Part shown: positions 38,091 through 47,939 of the stretch, in pieces
How the letters are laid out: the number at the start of each line of letters is the position of its first letter
Position numbering within the stretch: the first letter of the stretch is position 1
DNA from: a bacterium
GTDB taxonomy: Bacteria; Verrucomicrobiota; Kiritimatiellia; RFP12; UBA1067
Length of the DNA: 64,000 bases
Assembly: GCA_025360845.1 (NCBI GenBank)
Contig: JANYBJ010000015.1
Coordinates: 2,360-66,359 of the forward strand
Reading direction: 5' to 3'
Position numbers and translations under genes: made by a program
Notes under the pieces: model-generated
Told to the model about the DNA's origin: nothing
What the model saw: the letters and a program-made list of their open reading frames with translations, nothing else
The model's database searches: none

Positions 38091-39839
38091 CTACGCCCTG
38101 AAAAGAGCGCCGAGTTTCTTGCCGAGCAGCAGGCTGCTGCCTGCGATGGTCGCTGCGAGGAAGAGCATCGCCCACACCCCGAGCGCCGAGGCCAGATAGC
38201 GGCCGATGCCCACGAGCTGGAAAAGCTCGAAAATCGTTTTGGTGATGGGATAGTACTCCATCTTCTGCGCCAACATCAGACTGTCCGAGACCTCCAGCAT
38301 GCTGAAGGCGAAGGCCAGCAAGGTTCCGGCGATGAGGTTCGCCATAATCAGAGGCAGCGTGATGCGGCGCAGCGTCACGAGCGGCGACGCGCCCAGGTTG
38401 GCGCCGGCCTCTTCGAGCGTCACCGAGGTTTGCTGCAGGCCCGCCACCGCCGCACGCACCATATAGGGCAGCCGCCGCACCGCATAGGCGATCACGAGAA
38501 AGAGCGTGGGGTTGACGCGGACGTCGAGCAGCGCGGCCAGCGCGGGATGGGCCTTGACGGGCGCCAGCGTGGCCAGCGAGGTGCTGACCGAGAGGAACCC
38601 GAACGCCATCACCAGCCCGGGAACGGCCAGCGGGATCATGGCCAGGGCGTCCAGCACGCCCCGCGCGCGGATGCGCGAACGCACCGTCACCCAGGCGACG
38701 GCGACGCCGACGCCGAGGTTGAACAGCACGGCCAAGGAGGAGAAGAGCAGGCTGTTGCGGATGGCGTCGAGGGTCATGGTGTGACCCAGCGCCTCCGCAT
38801 AGTTCGCGGTGGTGAACTGCGCGGGCAGGAGGGTGCGGTACCAGGAGCCGGGCACCGAGAAGCTGGTGAGGAGGACGCCCGCATGAGGGGTCAGCGCCAG
38901 CAGCGTGACCGCGGCGAACGGAAGGACCGCGAGCAGTCCGGCCGCGCCGCGCAGCTCCTTGGCCTTGTGCCCGGCAGAGGCCTTGGCCTGCATGGCGTAA
39001 GCCCTGCCGCCGAAAAGCAGGCGGCTCACGCCGTAGAGCGCGACGCTGGCGAACAGCACGACGGTGACCAGCGCGTAGGGGAAGGGGCTGGCGCTGATCT
39101 CTTTGAGCTCGTCGTAGACCTGCACGGCCGCGCAGCGCGTGTAATTCATGATGAGCGGCGTGCCGAGCTCCGTGAAGCAGGCGATGAAGACCAGCGTGCC
39201 GCCGGCGAAAAGGCCGGGCATGACCAGAGGCAGCGTGATGCGCCGGAAGCGCGTCCAGCCGTCGGCGCCGAGATTCTGCGCGGCCTCATCGAGCGCGGGG
39301 TCGATGTTGGCTAATGCGGCCGCGAAGTTGAGATAGATGATCGGATAGAAGGAGAGGGCCTGCAGGAGCACCACGCCGAGGTAGCGCGATTGGCCGAAGT
39401 CGACCGGCCCGCAGCCGAGCAGGGCGTTCAGCGCGCCGTAGGGCCCGAGCATCTGCATGAACCCGATCGCGCCCACGAAGGGCGGCAGCACCATGGGGAC
39501 CAGCACCAGCGCGGTGAAGAGGCGCTGTCCGCGGAAAGCAAACGTGTGCGCCAGCCACGCCAGCGGCACGGCAAGAGCCGTCGCCAGCGCGGTGGCGCCC
39601 AGCGCGATGCGGAAGCTGTTGAAGAGGCCCTCGGCGTAGATCGGGTTCTTGAAGACGCCGACCAGATAGCGTGCGGTCAGATGCCCGTTCACATAGAACC
39701 CGCCGCTCACGACCGTGAGGACGGGCCAGACGAGCAGCAGGCCGAACACGCCTGCCAACAGGCCGAACAACAGCCAGGCTGTGCGGTCGCGGAGCGTTAC
39801 ACGACCTCGTCGAATTTCAGCGAGCCGCAGACCGGGCAC
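38091..39839 (-). CDS. ABC transporter permease with duplicated transmembrane domains (iron(III)/FbpB-CysW-type)
   Basis: 582 aa, about 12 TM helices in two repeats each with an EAA-like loop region; no cognate ATPase or binding protein adjacent; 5' end overlaps rubrerythrin 3' end by 43 nt if 39839 is the start. Confidence 0.6.
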   Translation of the reverse strand: MPGLRLAEIRRGRVTLRDRTAWLLFGLLAGVFGLLLVWPVLTVVSGGFYVNGHLTARYLVGVFKNPIYAEGLFNSFRIALGATALATALAVPLAWLAHTFAFRGQRLFTALVLVPMVLPPFVGAIGFMQMLGPYGALNALLGCGPVDFGQSRYLGVVLLQALSFYPIIYLNFAAALANIDPALDEAAQNLGADGWTRFRRITLPLVMPGLFAGGTLVFIACFTELGTPLIMNYTRCAAVQVYDELKEISASPFPYALVTVVLFASVALYGVSRLLFGGRAYAMQAKASAGHKAKELRGAAGLLAVLPFAAVTLLALTPHAGVLLTSFSVPGSWYRTLLPAQFTTANYAEALGHTMTLDAIRNSLLFSSLAVLFNLGVGVAVAWVTVRSRIRARGVLDALAMIPLAVPGLVMAFGFLSVSTSLATLAPVKAHPALAALLDVRVNPTLFLVIAYAVRRLPYMVRAAVAGLQQTSVTLEEAGANLGASPLVTLRRITLPLIMANLIAGTLLAFAFSMLEVSDSLMLAQKMEYYPITKTIFELFQLVGIGRYLASALGVWAMLFLAATIAGSSLLLGKKLGALFRA

Positions 39840-40291
39840 TTATCCGGATGCCCGTCGGCCACGGTGTGTCCGCAGACCGGGCAGACGAAGAACTTCCGCG
39901 CGGCGATGTCTTTCCCGGCCTTGGCCGCGGCCAGCGCGGCCGTGTAAAGGTCGAAGTGCGTCTTCTCGACGGTCATGGCGTAGGCGAATGAGCGCTCGGC
40001 GGCGGCGTTGCCCTCCCTCTTGGCCTCCTCCACATAAGGGGGATACATTTTCGTGAACTCAAAGCTCTCGCCGCCGACCGCATCCTGCAGGTTCGCCACG
40101 GTGTCCTGCACGCCGCCCATGGCGCGCAGGTGCGCGTGGGCATGGACAGTCTCGGCCTGCGCGGCCGCCCGGAACAGCTTGGCGATGCCCGGCAGCTTGT
40201 CTTGATCCGCCTTCTTGGCATAGGCGAGATACTTACGGTTGGCTTGGCTTTCACCGGCGAAAGCCCCCTTCAGGTTGTCAATGGTTGCCAT
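39797..40291 (-). CDS. Rubrerythrin (di-iron four-helix bundle with C-terminal rubredoxin-like CxxC...CxxC)
   Basis: 'GESQANRKYLAYA...ETVHAHAH...GESFEFTKMYPPYVEEA...EKTH' ferritin-like di-iron ligands; C-terminal 'CPVCGH...CPVCG'. Confidence 0.85.
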   Translation of the reverse strand: MATIDNLKGAFAGESQANRKYLAYAKKADQDKLPGIAKLFRAAAQAETVHAHAHLRAMGGVQDTVANLQDAVGGESFEFTKMYPPYVEEAKREGNAAAERSFAYAMTVEKTHFDLYTAALAAAKAGKDIAARKFFVCPVCGHTVADGHPDKCPVCGSLKFDEVV

Positions 40292-40524
40292 GGTGTCTGT
40301 TGTCCTTTCATCATCTGGGTTTCGCTTTTCCGGCCGCCATGAACCCAGGCCTGACAGACCGGAGCTGTCACTTTCACAAGAATGACCATCATACGTCGTT
40401 CACCGGAAAGCGCAAGGCGGATTTGCCAGCAAGCCTAAGTTCATTTTTTTCACATTTCCCCTTGCACGCCTGGGACAGAATACGCTATTCTCATTCTTCC
40501 GTATCACGGAAAGGCTTTTGTTAT

Positions 40525-40731
40525 ATGAAGAAGGATATCCATCCCAAGTACGAAGACGCGACCATCACCTGCGCCTGCGGCAATGTGATCACGACGCGTT
40601 CGACCAAGAAAGAAATGACCGTCAACACCTGTTCGGCCTGCCATCCCTATTTCACCGGGCAGCAGACCATGATGGACACCGAAGGCCGTGTTGACCAGTT
40701 CATGAAGCGCTACAGCATCAAAAAGGCGTAG
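40525..40731 (+). CDS. rpmE: 50S ribosomal protein L31
   Basis: 'MKKDIHPKYEDATITCACGNVITTRSTK...CSACHPYFTG' - canonical L31 with zinc-ribbon cysteines. Confidence 0.9.
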   Translation: MKKDIHPKYEDATITCACGNVITTRSTKKEMTVNTCSACHPYFTGQQTMMDTEGRVDQFMKRYSIKKA

Positions 40732-40806
40732 CTCGGTTTTCCTGTAGGCGGGTCGGATGGCGCAGCCGTTGGTGAGTGCGCACTCCGGCCCGTTTTTTAT
40801 TCCCCC

Positions 40807-41901
40807 ATGATCGACAAGGCGCAAATCCAGCGGGTTCTCGACAAGATCCAAGCCGCCGAGGCGGCCTTGTCCGATCCGTCCGTTCTCGGTAACTCCAAGG
40901 TCTACCGCGAGAAGGTGCGCGAACACGCCGCGCTCAAGAAGCTCGAAAACGTGGCGCACGCCTATTTCCGGACGCTCGACGACGTGGAGGACAACCGCGC
41001 GATGGCGGCCGACGCCGCGGGCGACCCTGAACTCGCCGCCATGGCCCGCGAGGAGCTCGTCCGCCTCGAAGCCCAGTTGCCCGAAGCCGAGCGGGCGGTG
41101 CTCGCCGGACTCCTGCCCCCCGAGCCGGCCGACGCGCGGCACGCGGTTTTCGAGATCCGCGCCGGCACGGGCGGCGAGGAGGCCGCGCTCTTCGCGGCCG
41201 TGCTTTTCCGCATGTACTCCCGCTTCTGCGATGCCAAAGGGTGGAAAATCTCCGTCATCGACGCCAACGGCACGGAACTCGGCGGCTACAAGGAGATCGT
41301 TTTTACGGTGGTCGGCGAGGGCGCCTACGGCGCGTTCAAGTTCGAAAGCGGCGGCCACCGCGTGCAGCGCGTGCCGGAGACCGAGGCCCAGGGCCGCATC
41401 CACACCTCGGCCGCCACCCTCATCGTCTTCCCGGAGGCCGACGAAGAGGACGACATCGACCTGCCGGAAAGCGAGCTGCGGGTGGACATCTTCTGCGCGG
41501 GCGGTCACGGCGGACAGGGGGTCAACACCACCTATTCGGCCATCCGCATCACGCATCTGCCCACCGGGCTGGTGGCGCAGTGTCAGGACGAGCGGTCGCA
41601 ACACCGGAATAAGGCCAAGGCGCTCGCGGTTCTCAAATCCCGCATTCTCGATCAGCGCCATCAGGCGGAAGAGGCCAAGCTCGGCAAGACCCGCCTCGAC
41701 CTGCGCGGCTCGGGCGACCGCAGCCAGCGCATCCGCACCTACAACTTCCCGCAGAACCGCATGACCGACCACCGCGTGAACCTCACGCTGTACTGCCTCG
41801 ACCGCATCGTGGAGGGCGACCTCGCCCCGCTGCTGGACGCGCTCCACACCTACGATCTCGACCAGCGGCTCGAAGCCGAACTCGGCGTCAAGCGTGTTTA
41901 A
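40807..41901 (+). CDS. prfA: Peptide chain release factor 1
   Basis: 'GGQGVNTT' (GGQ motif), 'RVQRVPETE' (RF1-type PxT tripeptide region, here P-E-T), 'QHRNKAKA'; directly downstream of rpmE. Confidence 0.85.
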   Translation: MIDKAQIQRVLDKIQAAEAALSDPSVLGNSKVYREKVREHAALKKLENVAHAYFRTLDDVEDNRAMAADAAGDPELAAMAREELVRLEAQLPEAERAVLAGLLPPEPADARHAVFEIRAGTGGEEAALFAAVLFRMYSRFCDAKGWKISVIDANGTELGGYKEIVFTVVGEGAYGAFKFESGGHRVQRVPETEAQGRIHTSAATLIVFPEADEEDDIDLPESELRVDIFCAGGHGGQGVNTTYSAIRITHLPTGLVAQCQDERSQHRNKAKALAVLKSRILDQRHQAEEAKLGKTRLDLRGSGDRSQRIRTYNFPQNRMTDHRVNLTLYCLDRIVEGDLAPLLDALHTYDLDQRLEAELGVKRV

Positions 41902-42510
41902 TCATTTGGGCTGCAACACCTTGCTCTTGTTGCGCCGGGTCAGGATGTGGTGTGTCAGCACCAGCAGCAGCACGATGATCCCGAAAGCCCCCAGCCGCAG
42001 CCGCGTGTCGTGCAGGTAGGGAAGAATCCACTCGCCGATAAAGACACCCAGCTTAAGGAAGAGGATGGACTGCGCCACCGACGCCAGCAACAGCAGGAGC
42101 AGGAACCGCGGCATCGGGTACTTAATGGCTCCCGCCGATACGTAGGCCAGGGTGCGCGCTCCGGGGATGAAGCGGGCGATCAGGACGGTTTTGACCGCCT
42201 GACGCTCGAAATAGGTCTTCATCCAGGCCAGCCGCGCCGCGTCCACCCAGCGCCAGCGGAGCAGAAGGAACGTCGCGTACCGGCCGATGACATACAGCAC
42301 GAGATCCCCGGCGATGCCGCCGACGGTCATGCCGGCGAACGCCAGCCACCAGCCGACATGGCCCGCCGCCACCAGCAGCCCCACACCGCAGCGGGCCGCG
42401 TCCTCGAGAAAGCAGGTGCCGGCCGCCACCAGCAGGCCCTGAAGCCAGAGATGGTCGGAAAGCTGCTGACAAAACTGGAAAAACGCGTCTTCGGTCACAA
42501 GGCCTCGCAT
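41902..42510 (-). CDS. DedA/TVP38-family (VTT domain) membrane protein
   Basis: 'LIARFIPGARTLAYVSAGAIKYPMPRFLL' DedA signature; stop codon abuts prfA stop (TTAATCA). Confidence 0.65.
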   Translation of the reverse strand: MRGLVTEDAFFQFCQQLSDHLWLQGLLVAAGTCFLEDAARCGVGLLVAAGHVGWWLAFAGMTVGGIAGDLVLYVIGRYATFLLLRWRWVDAARLAWMKTYFERQAVKTVLIARFIPGARTLAYVSAGAIKYPMPRFLLLLLLASVAQSILFLKLGVFIGEWILPYLHDTRLRLGAFGIIVLLLVLTHHILTRRNKSKVLQPK

Positions 42511-42748
42511 CGGGATTTCATACCGCGAAAGGGGGTGATTATCACATGAACCGACCCTTATCTCAAGAGCCGTCTGCTAAAAAATCGCAACTTTAGCTGA
42601 TTTCGCGCTTGCACTCCTCACCCCATTTCGCCTATTCTTATGTCTACAACGAAAGAATGGTCTTGATCGATGGTCTGTAAAACGGGTGTTTTCTGGCTGT
42701 CATCAGGATTTTGAAGGTTTAAAACGTGTTTATAGGAGGGTTTCTTAA

Positions 42749-43903
42749 ATGAACCTGACTTCAAAGCGTGTGTTACAGTTTATGACGGTCTGTGCGGGCG
42801 CTTGCGCGCTCTCCGCATCCGCCGGCGCACAATGGGTGGCGGATTCGTTCGAAGAGGGAACGATCGGTGAGTTGATTGGGTTGTATAAGCCGGTTGTAAT
42901 CGGTTCGGTTGCTCATGCCCAGTGGGTTTCTGCTAGTGGCGATGCATCCGCACTGGTGACCACTTCCGGAGCGTACTCGGGTATTCGCCCCATGACTACC
43001 ACTACGGATAAGGTGTTGAAACTCGAGACCCTGGGTCAGACACTTTCCCGCAGAGTTCTTGACGTTGCCGCTAATCCGGTGCCGATGCCGTTCGACCTGA
43101 CAGACGTGTATGTGGATACGCTGATCAAGTTCACTCCGAGTGAGTATGTTCCGTCGATCACGGATCCCTTAGTCAAAGTGGCGGTGTACGTCAACGTCAA
43201 TTCCAATCTTGTCGTTTATCATAAGACAGACTTGGGCGCGGGTGAAATAACGCTTCACAATGTGTTCGACGGTATCGGAATCATCGATCCGACGGTTTGG
43301 TATCGTTTGACGATTCAGCTGGGGTTGCCGAGTAGTACCCCAGCGTGTAAAATATTCTTGAACGGTCAAGCGCTCTCGAATGCGAATACGCTTCAGGATG
43401 ATATGTTTACACCTGGTGGTCCTTGGTTCATGAACCTCTCTTCCGGCACGTCACTTTCATCGGTTGCCTTCCAGGGCACCGGTATGGTGGACGAGTTGGT
43501 TGTGACGGACACTCTGCCGGATGGAATTGGATCGTTGTACGTTTATGATCAATGGTTGCTTGCGCAAGTTCCGCCTATTACTCAGGCAGATATGGATGCC
43601 CATCCGGCCTGGATGAACGACTATCTGTTGAACGTCGCTCATAACAGCGGTTCGGGAATCGTGATCGACTCGATCGTGATGACTGGCAATGTTGCGACGA
43701 TTGTTGTCGCTCCGTCCACGGTCCCCGTCAACTTTAACGACCTCCACGGTGTGCTGAAGGTTAAGACGAGCGCCAGCCTGAGCACGTTGGAAGCGGCGAC
43801 GCCGGTAGCGTATCCGATCACGGTGCTGAGTGGAAATGGTTCGGCCTCGATCGCGGTGACGCTCCCAGCCGGTCACACGTTCATCAAGGCCGTCGTGCAG
43901 TAA
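42749..43903 (+). CDS. Secreted LamG/ConA-like jelly-roll protein (paralog 1), lower GC than neighbours
   Basis: RBS 'aggagg' then ATG 42749; signal peptide 'FMTVCAGACALSASAGA'; 'VKVAVYVNVNSNLVVYHK...VWYRLTIQL...IFLNGQAL...AFQGTGMVDELVV' beta-sandwich lectin-like pattern shared with 53948..55129. Confidence 0.65.
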   Translation: MNLTSKRVLQFMTVCAGACALSASAGAQWVADSFEEGTIGELIGLYKPVVIGSVAHAQWVSASGDASALVTTSGAYSGIRPMTTTTDKVLKLETLGQTLSRRVLDVAANPVPMPFDLTDVYVDTLIKFTPSEYVPSITDPLVKVAVYVNVNSNLVVYHKTDLGAGEITLHNVFDGIGIIDPTVWYRLTIQLGLPSSTPACKIFLNGQALSNANTLQDDMFTPGGPWFMNLSSGTSLSSVAFQGTGMVDELVVTDTLPDGIGSLYVYDQWLLAQVPPITQADMDAHPAWMNDYLLNVAHNSGSGIVIDSIVMTGNVATIVVAPSTVPVNFNDLHGVLKVKTSASLSTLEAATPVAYPITVLSGNGSASIAVTLPAGHTFIKAVVQ

Positions 43904-44087
43904 GCCTTCACGACGATCCTGAAGTAGACTGACATACAGGGGCTCGCGGAAACGCGGGCCCCTGTTGTTTTGTGTGGTGATTTTCTGCGCTTTGGGTTTG
44001 CGCGGCCCTGCATACCGTGGTATGCTGTCAGTAACGGTAAAAGTGATTTACGGCGGCGCGACCGCCGCTATCTTCTGGAGTAGCCCT

Positions 44088-45395
44088 ATGCCCAAATTCG
44101 CGTACATCGCAGTGGATTCCGCAGGCAAAGAGAGCCGCGGCACAATCGAAGCCCCCAATCAGGCGCAGGCTGTGGCCAAGGTGCGCGGCCAGGGACTCTT
44201 CCCGACCGCCATCGGCGTGGCGGGCGGCACAGAGGGCGGGGCACCCGCCGCAGCCGCAGGAGCGAAGAAGACCGCTCCGGCCGCCGCCAAAAAGGGCGGC
44301 GGCAAGATGAGCATGGAGATCAAGCTGCCGAGGTTCTTGCGTCCGCGCGTCAAGCCCAAAGACCTCACCGTGCTCACCCGTCAGCTCGCGACCCTGGTCG
44401 ACGCGGGCCTGCCGCTGTTGCGCGGGCTGCACGTGCTCCAGCGCCAGACCCCCAACGCCGTGCTCAAAGAGGCGCTGGCGGGCATGTGCGATGCGGTCGA
44501 GAGCGGCAGCACGTTTTCGGAGTCGCTCGGCAACTACCCCAAGATTTTCAACAACCTCTACGTGAACATGGTGCGGGCTGGCGAGGCCGGCGGCGTGTTG
44601 GAGGTGGTGCTGAACCGGCTGGCCGAGTTCGCGGAGAAGGCCGAGAAAATCAAGAACAAGGTCAAGGGCGCGATGGTCTACCCGATCGTGGTGTTCTTCG
44701 CGGCCATCGGCATCACGAGCTTCCTGCTGGTCGCGGTGATTCCGAAGTTCAAGGACATTTTCAATGATCTGCTCGAGGGCAAGCCCCTGCCCGCCATCAC
44801 GATGTTCGTGATGGGCGCCAGCAAGCTGGTGATGGACAACGGCCTGATGGTGCTGGCGGCGGTGATCGCCTTGGTGGTGCTGTTCAAGGTTTTCGCCAAG
44901 ACCAAGACCGGCAGCTACATCCTGGACGTGGTCAAGCTGAACGCGCCGATGTTCGGCACGCTGGTGCGCCGCACGGCGGTCTCGCGCATGACGCGCACGC
45001 TGGGCACCCTGCTCGCCTCCGGCGTGCCGGTCCTGCAGGCGCTGACGATCGTGCGCGACACCACGGGCAACGCCGTGATCTCGCGCGCCATGCAGGCGGT
45101 CCACGACAGCGTGAAAGAGGGCGAAAGCATGACCTCGCCGATGGCGGCCTGCAAGGTCTTTCCGCCGATGGTGATCTCGATGGTGGAGGTGGGCGAGGAG
45201 ACCGGCGCGCTGCCGGACATGCTCACGCGCATCGCGGACACCTACGACGACGAGGTGGACAACGCGGTGGAGGGCCTGACCTCGGTGATCGAGCCGCTGA
45301 TGATCATCGTCCTCGCGGTGATCGTCGGAACGATCGTCATCGCGATGTTCATGCCCATGATCCAGATCATCGGAACCCTCGGCTCGCAGGCGTAA
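44088..45395 (+). CDS. gspF: Type II secretion / type IV pilus inner-membrane platform protein (GspF/PilC family)
   Basis: Two T2SSF repeats ('LATLVDAGLPLLRGLHVL', 'LGTLLASGVPVLQALTIV'), 3 TM helices, 'GEETGALPDML'; ATG at 44088 (ORF from 43965). Confidence 0.85.
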   Translation: MPKFAYIAVDSAGKESRGTIEAPNQAQAVAKVRGQGLFPTAIGVAGGTEGGAPAAAAGAKKTAPAAAKKGGGKMSMEIKLPRFLRPRVKPKDLTVLTRQLATLVDAGLPLLRGLHVLQRQTPNAVLKEALAGMCDAVESGSTFSESLGNYPKIFNNLYVNMVRAGEAGGVLEVVLNRLAEFAEKAEKIKNKVKGAMVYPIVVFFAAIGITSFLLVAVIPKFKDIFNDLLEGKPLPAITMFVMGASKLVMDNGLMVLAAVIALVVLFKVFAKTKTGSYILDVVKLNAPMFGTLVRRTAVSRMTRTLGTLLASGVPVLQALTIVRDTTGNAVISRAMQAVHDSVKEGESMTSPMAACKVFPPMVISMVEVGEETGALPDMLTRIADTYDDEVDNAVEGLTSVIEPLMIIVLAVIVGTIVIAMFMPMIQIIGTLGSQA

Positions 45396-45420
45396 TGAAT
45401 CGGGTGAACGTTATTTGAAA

Positions 45421-45497
45421 GAGTAAGATTACGATTAAGATTACGAAGGGTCCCGATCCCTCCTAATCTTAATCTTGATCTTAATCGTAATCTGCTC
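45421..45497. repeat. AAGATTACGA-type imperfect long hairpin element upstream of pseudopilin operon
   Basis: 'GAGTAAGATTACGATTAAGATTACGAAGG' / loop / 'CCTAATCTTAATCTTGATCTTAATCGTAATCTGCTC' (arms are reverse complements built of TAAGATTACGA units). Confidence 0.7.
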
Positions 45498-45514
45498 GAA
45501 TTTGTAGGTGCACG

Positions 45515-46510
45515 ATGCAAAAAAGACAGAAAAGAGAGCGTTCCGCGGCCTTTACGCTCATCGAGATGATGGTCGTGGTGGCGATCATCGGCATTCTGAT
45601 CGCCGGCGTGTTCCGGCTGATGGGTGCGGCCGGTGAGAACAACAAGAAGGCGGTGACGATCGCGCGCATGCAGAAGTTGCAGAACGCGCTCTCCGGGTTC
45701 TATGCGGAGTACGGCACCTATCCGCCCGTCACCCCGCATGGCTCGCCCGATCCGTTTGTCGAGGAGTCCGCGAAAGACGGGAAGGAGAACAAAGCCAGCT
45801 CGCTCACCGCCGGGAACGCCAGCCGCGCGGCCCGCAGCCAGCCCCTGGCCTTCGAGTATCCGAACGCTCAATCGCTGGACGAGTACATCAACACGCGGTT
45901 CCAGAAAGAGGGCATCATCAACGTGAACCAGGCGCTGGGGCAGAACGCGGCGACGATACCGACCTCCGATTGGACGGAAACCAAGATCTTCAAGTTCGGC
46001 GTGCTGTCCTACCTGCTTCCCCGCGTGGAGCTGATGGGCGGCGAGGATCTGGCTGGCAACCGGGAAACCCCCATGACCCCCAAACTCAACTTCTTCAAGA
46101 GCAGGCAGTGGACGAAGAACAATTCGGGCTCGCCGTCGGCGCAGCGCACGCGGGAGAACCGCGCGGTGGCGCGGTGGCTGCCGAATTTTGAAAATTGCAT
46201 CGGCGGCGGTTTCGGGCTTATGGGCATTGACACGGCCGAGCCCAATGCGGGCGGCCCCTGGTTCATGAGCGGGGCCGGTTATAATTACAACAGCACCCGG
46301 TATGTGCTCATGGGCATGACGATCCGCGACGGCTGGGGTAATGAGCTGTATTACTATTCCGCGCCGCCGTATCAGAGCTACCGCGTCTGGTCGGCAGGCC
46401 CCAACGGCGTCACGTTCCCCCCGTGGATCTCGTTGGACAGCCTTTCGTCCGAGGACCGTAAATCGGCGTCTTCTTGGGTCGAGGACGATGTCGTGCGCTT
46501 TGACCGGTAG
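45515..46510 (+). CDS. Prepilin-type N-terminal cleavage/methylation domain protein (GspG-like major pseudopilin with long C-terminal extension)
   Basis: 'RSAAFTLIEMMVVVAIIGILIAGVF' class III signal; 331 aa. Confidence 0.8.
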   Translation: MQKRQKRERSAAFTLIEMMVVVAIIGILIAGVFRLMGAAGENNKKAVTIARMQKLQNALSGFYAEYGTYPPVTPHGSPDPFVEESAKDGKENKASSLTAGNASRAARSQPLAFEYPNAQSLDEYINTRFQKEGIINVNQALGQNAATIPTSDWTETKIFKFGVLSYLLPRVELMGGEDLAGNRETPMTPKLNFFKSRQWTKNNSGSPSAQRTRENRAVARWLPNFENCIGGGFGLMGIDTAEPNAGGPWFMSGAGYNYNSTRYVLMGMTIRDGWGNELYYYSAPPYQSYRVWSAGPNGVTFPPWISLDSLSSEDRKSASSWVEDDVVRFDR

Positions 46511-46540
46511 GAAGAAAGTAAGCAATAGGCAGTCGGCAGT

Positions 46541-47161
46541 ATGAACATGAAAACGCAACACACCAATTTTCGCGGCGGCTTCACCTTGGTCGAAATGCTG
46601 GTGGTCATCGGCATGATCGGCATCCTTGCCGCCACGCTGATCGCCTCGTTCCAGCATGTCAAAACCACGGCCCGTCAGACCCAGGCGCAAACGCAGGTCT
46701 CGGAGGTGGCGACTTCCTTCAACATCTATTTGCAGCAGGAGCGCGAGTGGCCTGCGGTGTTTCTGGAAGCGACAGAGATGACGGCGGACGTATGCAAGGC
46801 CTTTGAGAAAAAGCACCTCTTGGATCTGAACATGAGCTCAACCAACGGGCTGGACCGGTTCGGCATGCTGGACCCTTGGGGCCGTTCGTCTCTCCGAAAG
46901 AACCCTAAGATTTCCAGCGCCGACGCGGTGCTCGAGGACGGCCGTAAACTGTCTGACCACCGCATACAGTACCGTTTGGATCTGAACTACGACGGCTATG
47001 TGGATGGCAGCGAGGGCTCGCCGAAAGGGGCAAAAATCCGCGCGTCGGTGTTGGTCTGGTCGCGCGGTCCGGACGGCAGGGATGCGGAGTCACAGCCCAC
47101 CCGGTTTCCGGGCGATGACCGTTTGAGCTGGAACTATGGCCAGTCGCGAGGCGAGAAGTGA
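46541..47161 (+). CDS. Prepilin-type pseudopilin
   Basis: 'FRGGFTLVEMLVVIGMIGILAATLIA'. Confidence 0.8.
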   Translation: MNMKTQHTNFRGGFTLVEMLVVIGMIGILAATLIASFQHVKTTARQTQAQTQVSEVATSFNIYLQQEREWPAVFLEATEMTADVCKAFEKKHLLDLNMSSTNGLDRFGMLDPWGRSSLRKNPKISSADAVLEDGRKLSDHRIQYRLDLNYDGYVDGSEGSPKGAKIRASVLVWSRGPDGRDAESQPTRFPGDDRLSWNYGQSRGEK

Positions 47162-47230
47162 CGAAGAGGGGCTTAGGCTGTTAGCCCGATGCCCGTGGAG
47201 CGGGAAGGAAGAGGATAACTTTTTGAACGA

Positions 47231-47310
47231 GTAAGATTACGAATGGTCTCAATTCCTCTTAATCCTAATCTTGATCTTAATCGTAATCCGTTTAAGTTAT
47301 CGACAAGGTA
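47231..47310. repeat. AAGATTACGA-type hairpin element plus conserved 'CCGTTTAAGTTATCGACAAG' motif upstream of pseudopilin operon
   Basis: 'GAGTAAGATTACGAATGGTCTCAATTCCTCTTAATCCTAATCTTGATCTTAATCGTAATCCGTTTAAGTTATCGACAAGGTAGG'; near-identical to the 50828 copy, including flanking 'TTAGGCTGTTAGCCCG...GAAGAGGATAAC'. Confidence 0.7.
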
Positions 47311-47361
47311 GGCAGAAAACGCCGGGACGTTGTAAAACGGCAAACGAGAGAGTTTTTTGAC

Positions 47362-47904
47362 ATGAAGAAAGAAAGCGGAAACGCGATGACGCGGCGCGGG
47401 TTCACCATCCTCGAGTTGCTGGTGGTGATTTCGATCATGGCGATTATCGCCACGCTCGCGACCGGCGCGGCGATCAAGGCGGTGAAGCAGAGCCGCAACA
47501 AGCGTATCGACACCACCTGCACAGCTTTGGCGATGGCGCTGGTGACCTATCAAAACCAAGAGCACGAGTGGCCTGTGACGCTGACGCCGCAAGGCAACGA
47601 CACGTCGGTCTGGTATCATGGCCCGGACAACAAAGAGGTCTTCAAGCCCCTGTATAACGGCGCGGGGGGCAAGAGCGGCATGGCCTATTTGGACGGCTCG
47701 TCGCTGATGGTGTACTATAACGGAAGCCGCATGAAGCTGAACGCGGCGCTGAGCGCTGGCCGGACCGATGTGCCGCTCATGTACCCGAACCCGGATGATA
47801 CCAGCCGCATTAATTATTATTGCGTCGAGTTCAACCTGCTTACGGATTCGGTTAAGGTTCACCGGCAGAGCGACCACAGTTGTCCGAAGCAAACCAAGTA
47901 CTGA
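47362..47904 (+). CDS. Prepilin-type pseudopilin
   Basis: 'MTRRGFTILELLVVISIMAIIATLA'. Confidence 0.8.
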   Translation: MKKESGNAMTRRGFTILELLVVISIMAIIATLATGAAIKAVKQSRNKRIDTTCTALAMALVTYQNQEHEWPVTLTPQGNDTSVWYHGPDNKEVFKPLYNGAGGKSGMAYLDGSSLMVYYNGSRMKLNAALSAGRTDVPLMYPNPDDTSRINYYCVEFNLLTDSVKVHRQSDHSCPKQTKY

Positions 47905-47939
47905 ATCGGGTTGAAGGTATGGATGGTAAGGCTACACAC

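Noticed and set aside
40807-41901. RF1 with 'PET' instead of canonical 'PAT/PxT' tripeptide - possible altered stop-codon specificity
   Set aside because: PxT with variable middle residue is within the known RF1 motif definition. GGQ and surrounding residues are standard, and there is no evidence of reassigned stop codons in this window.
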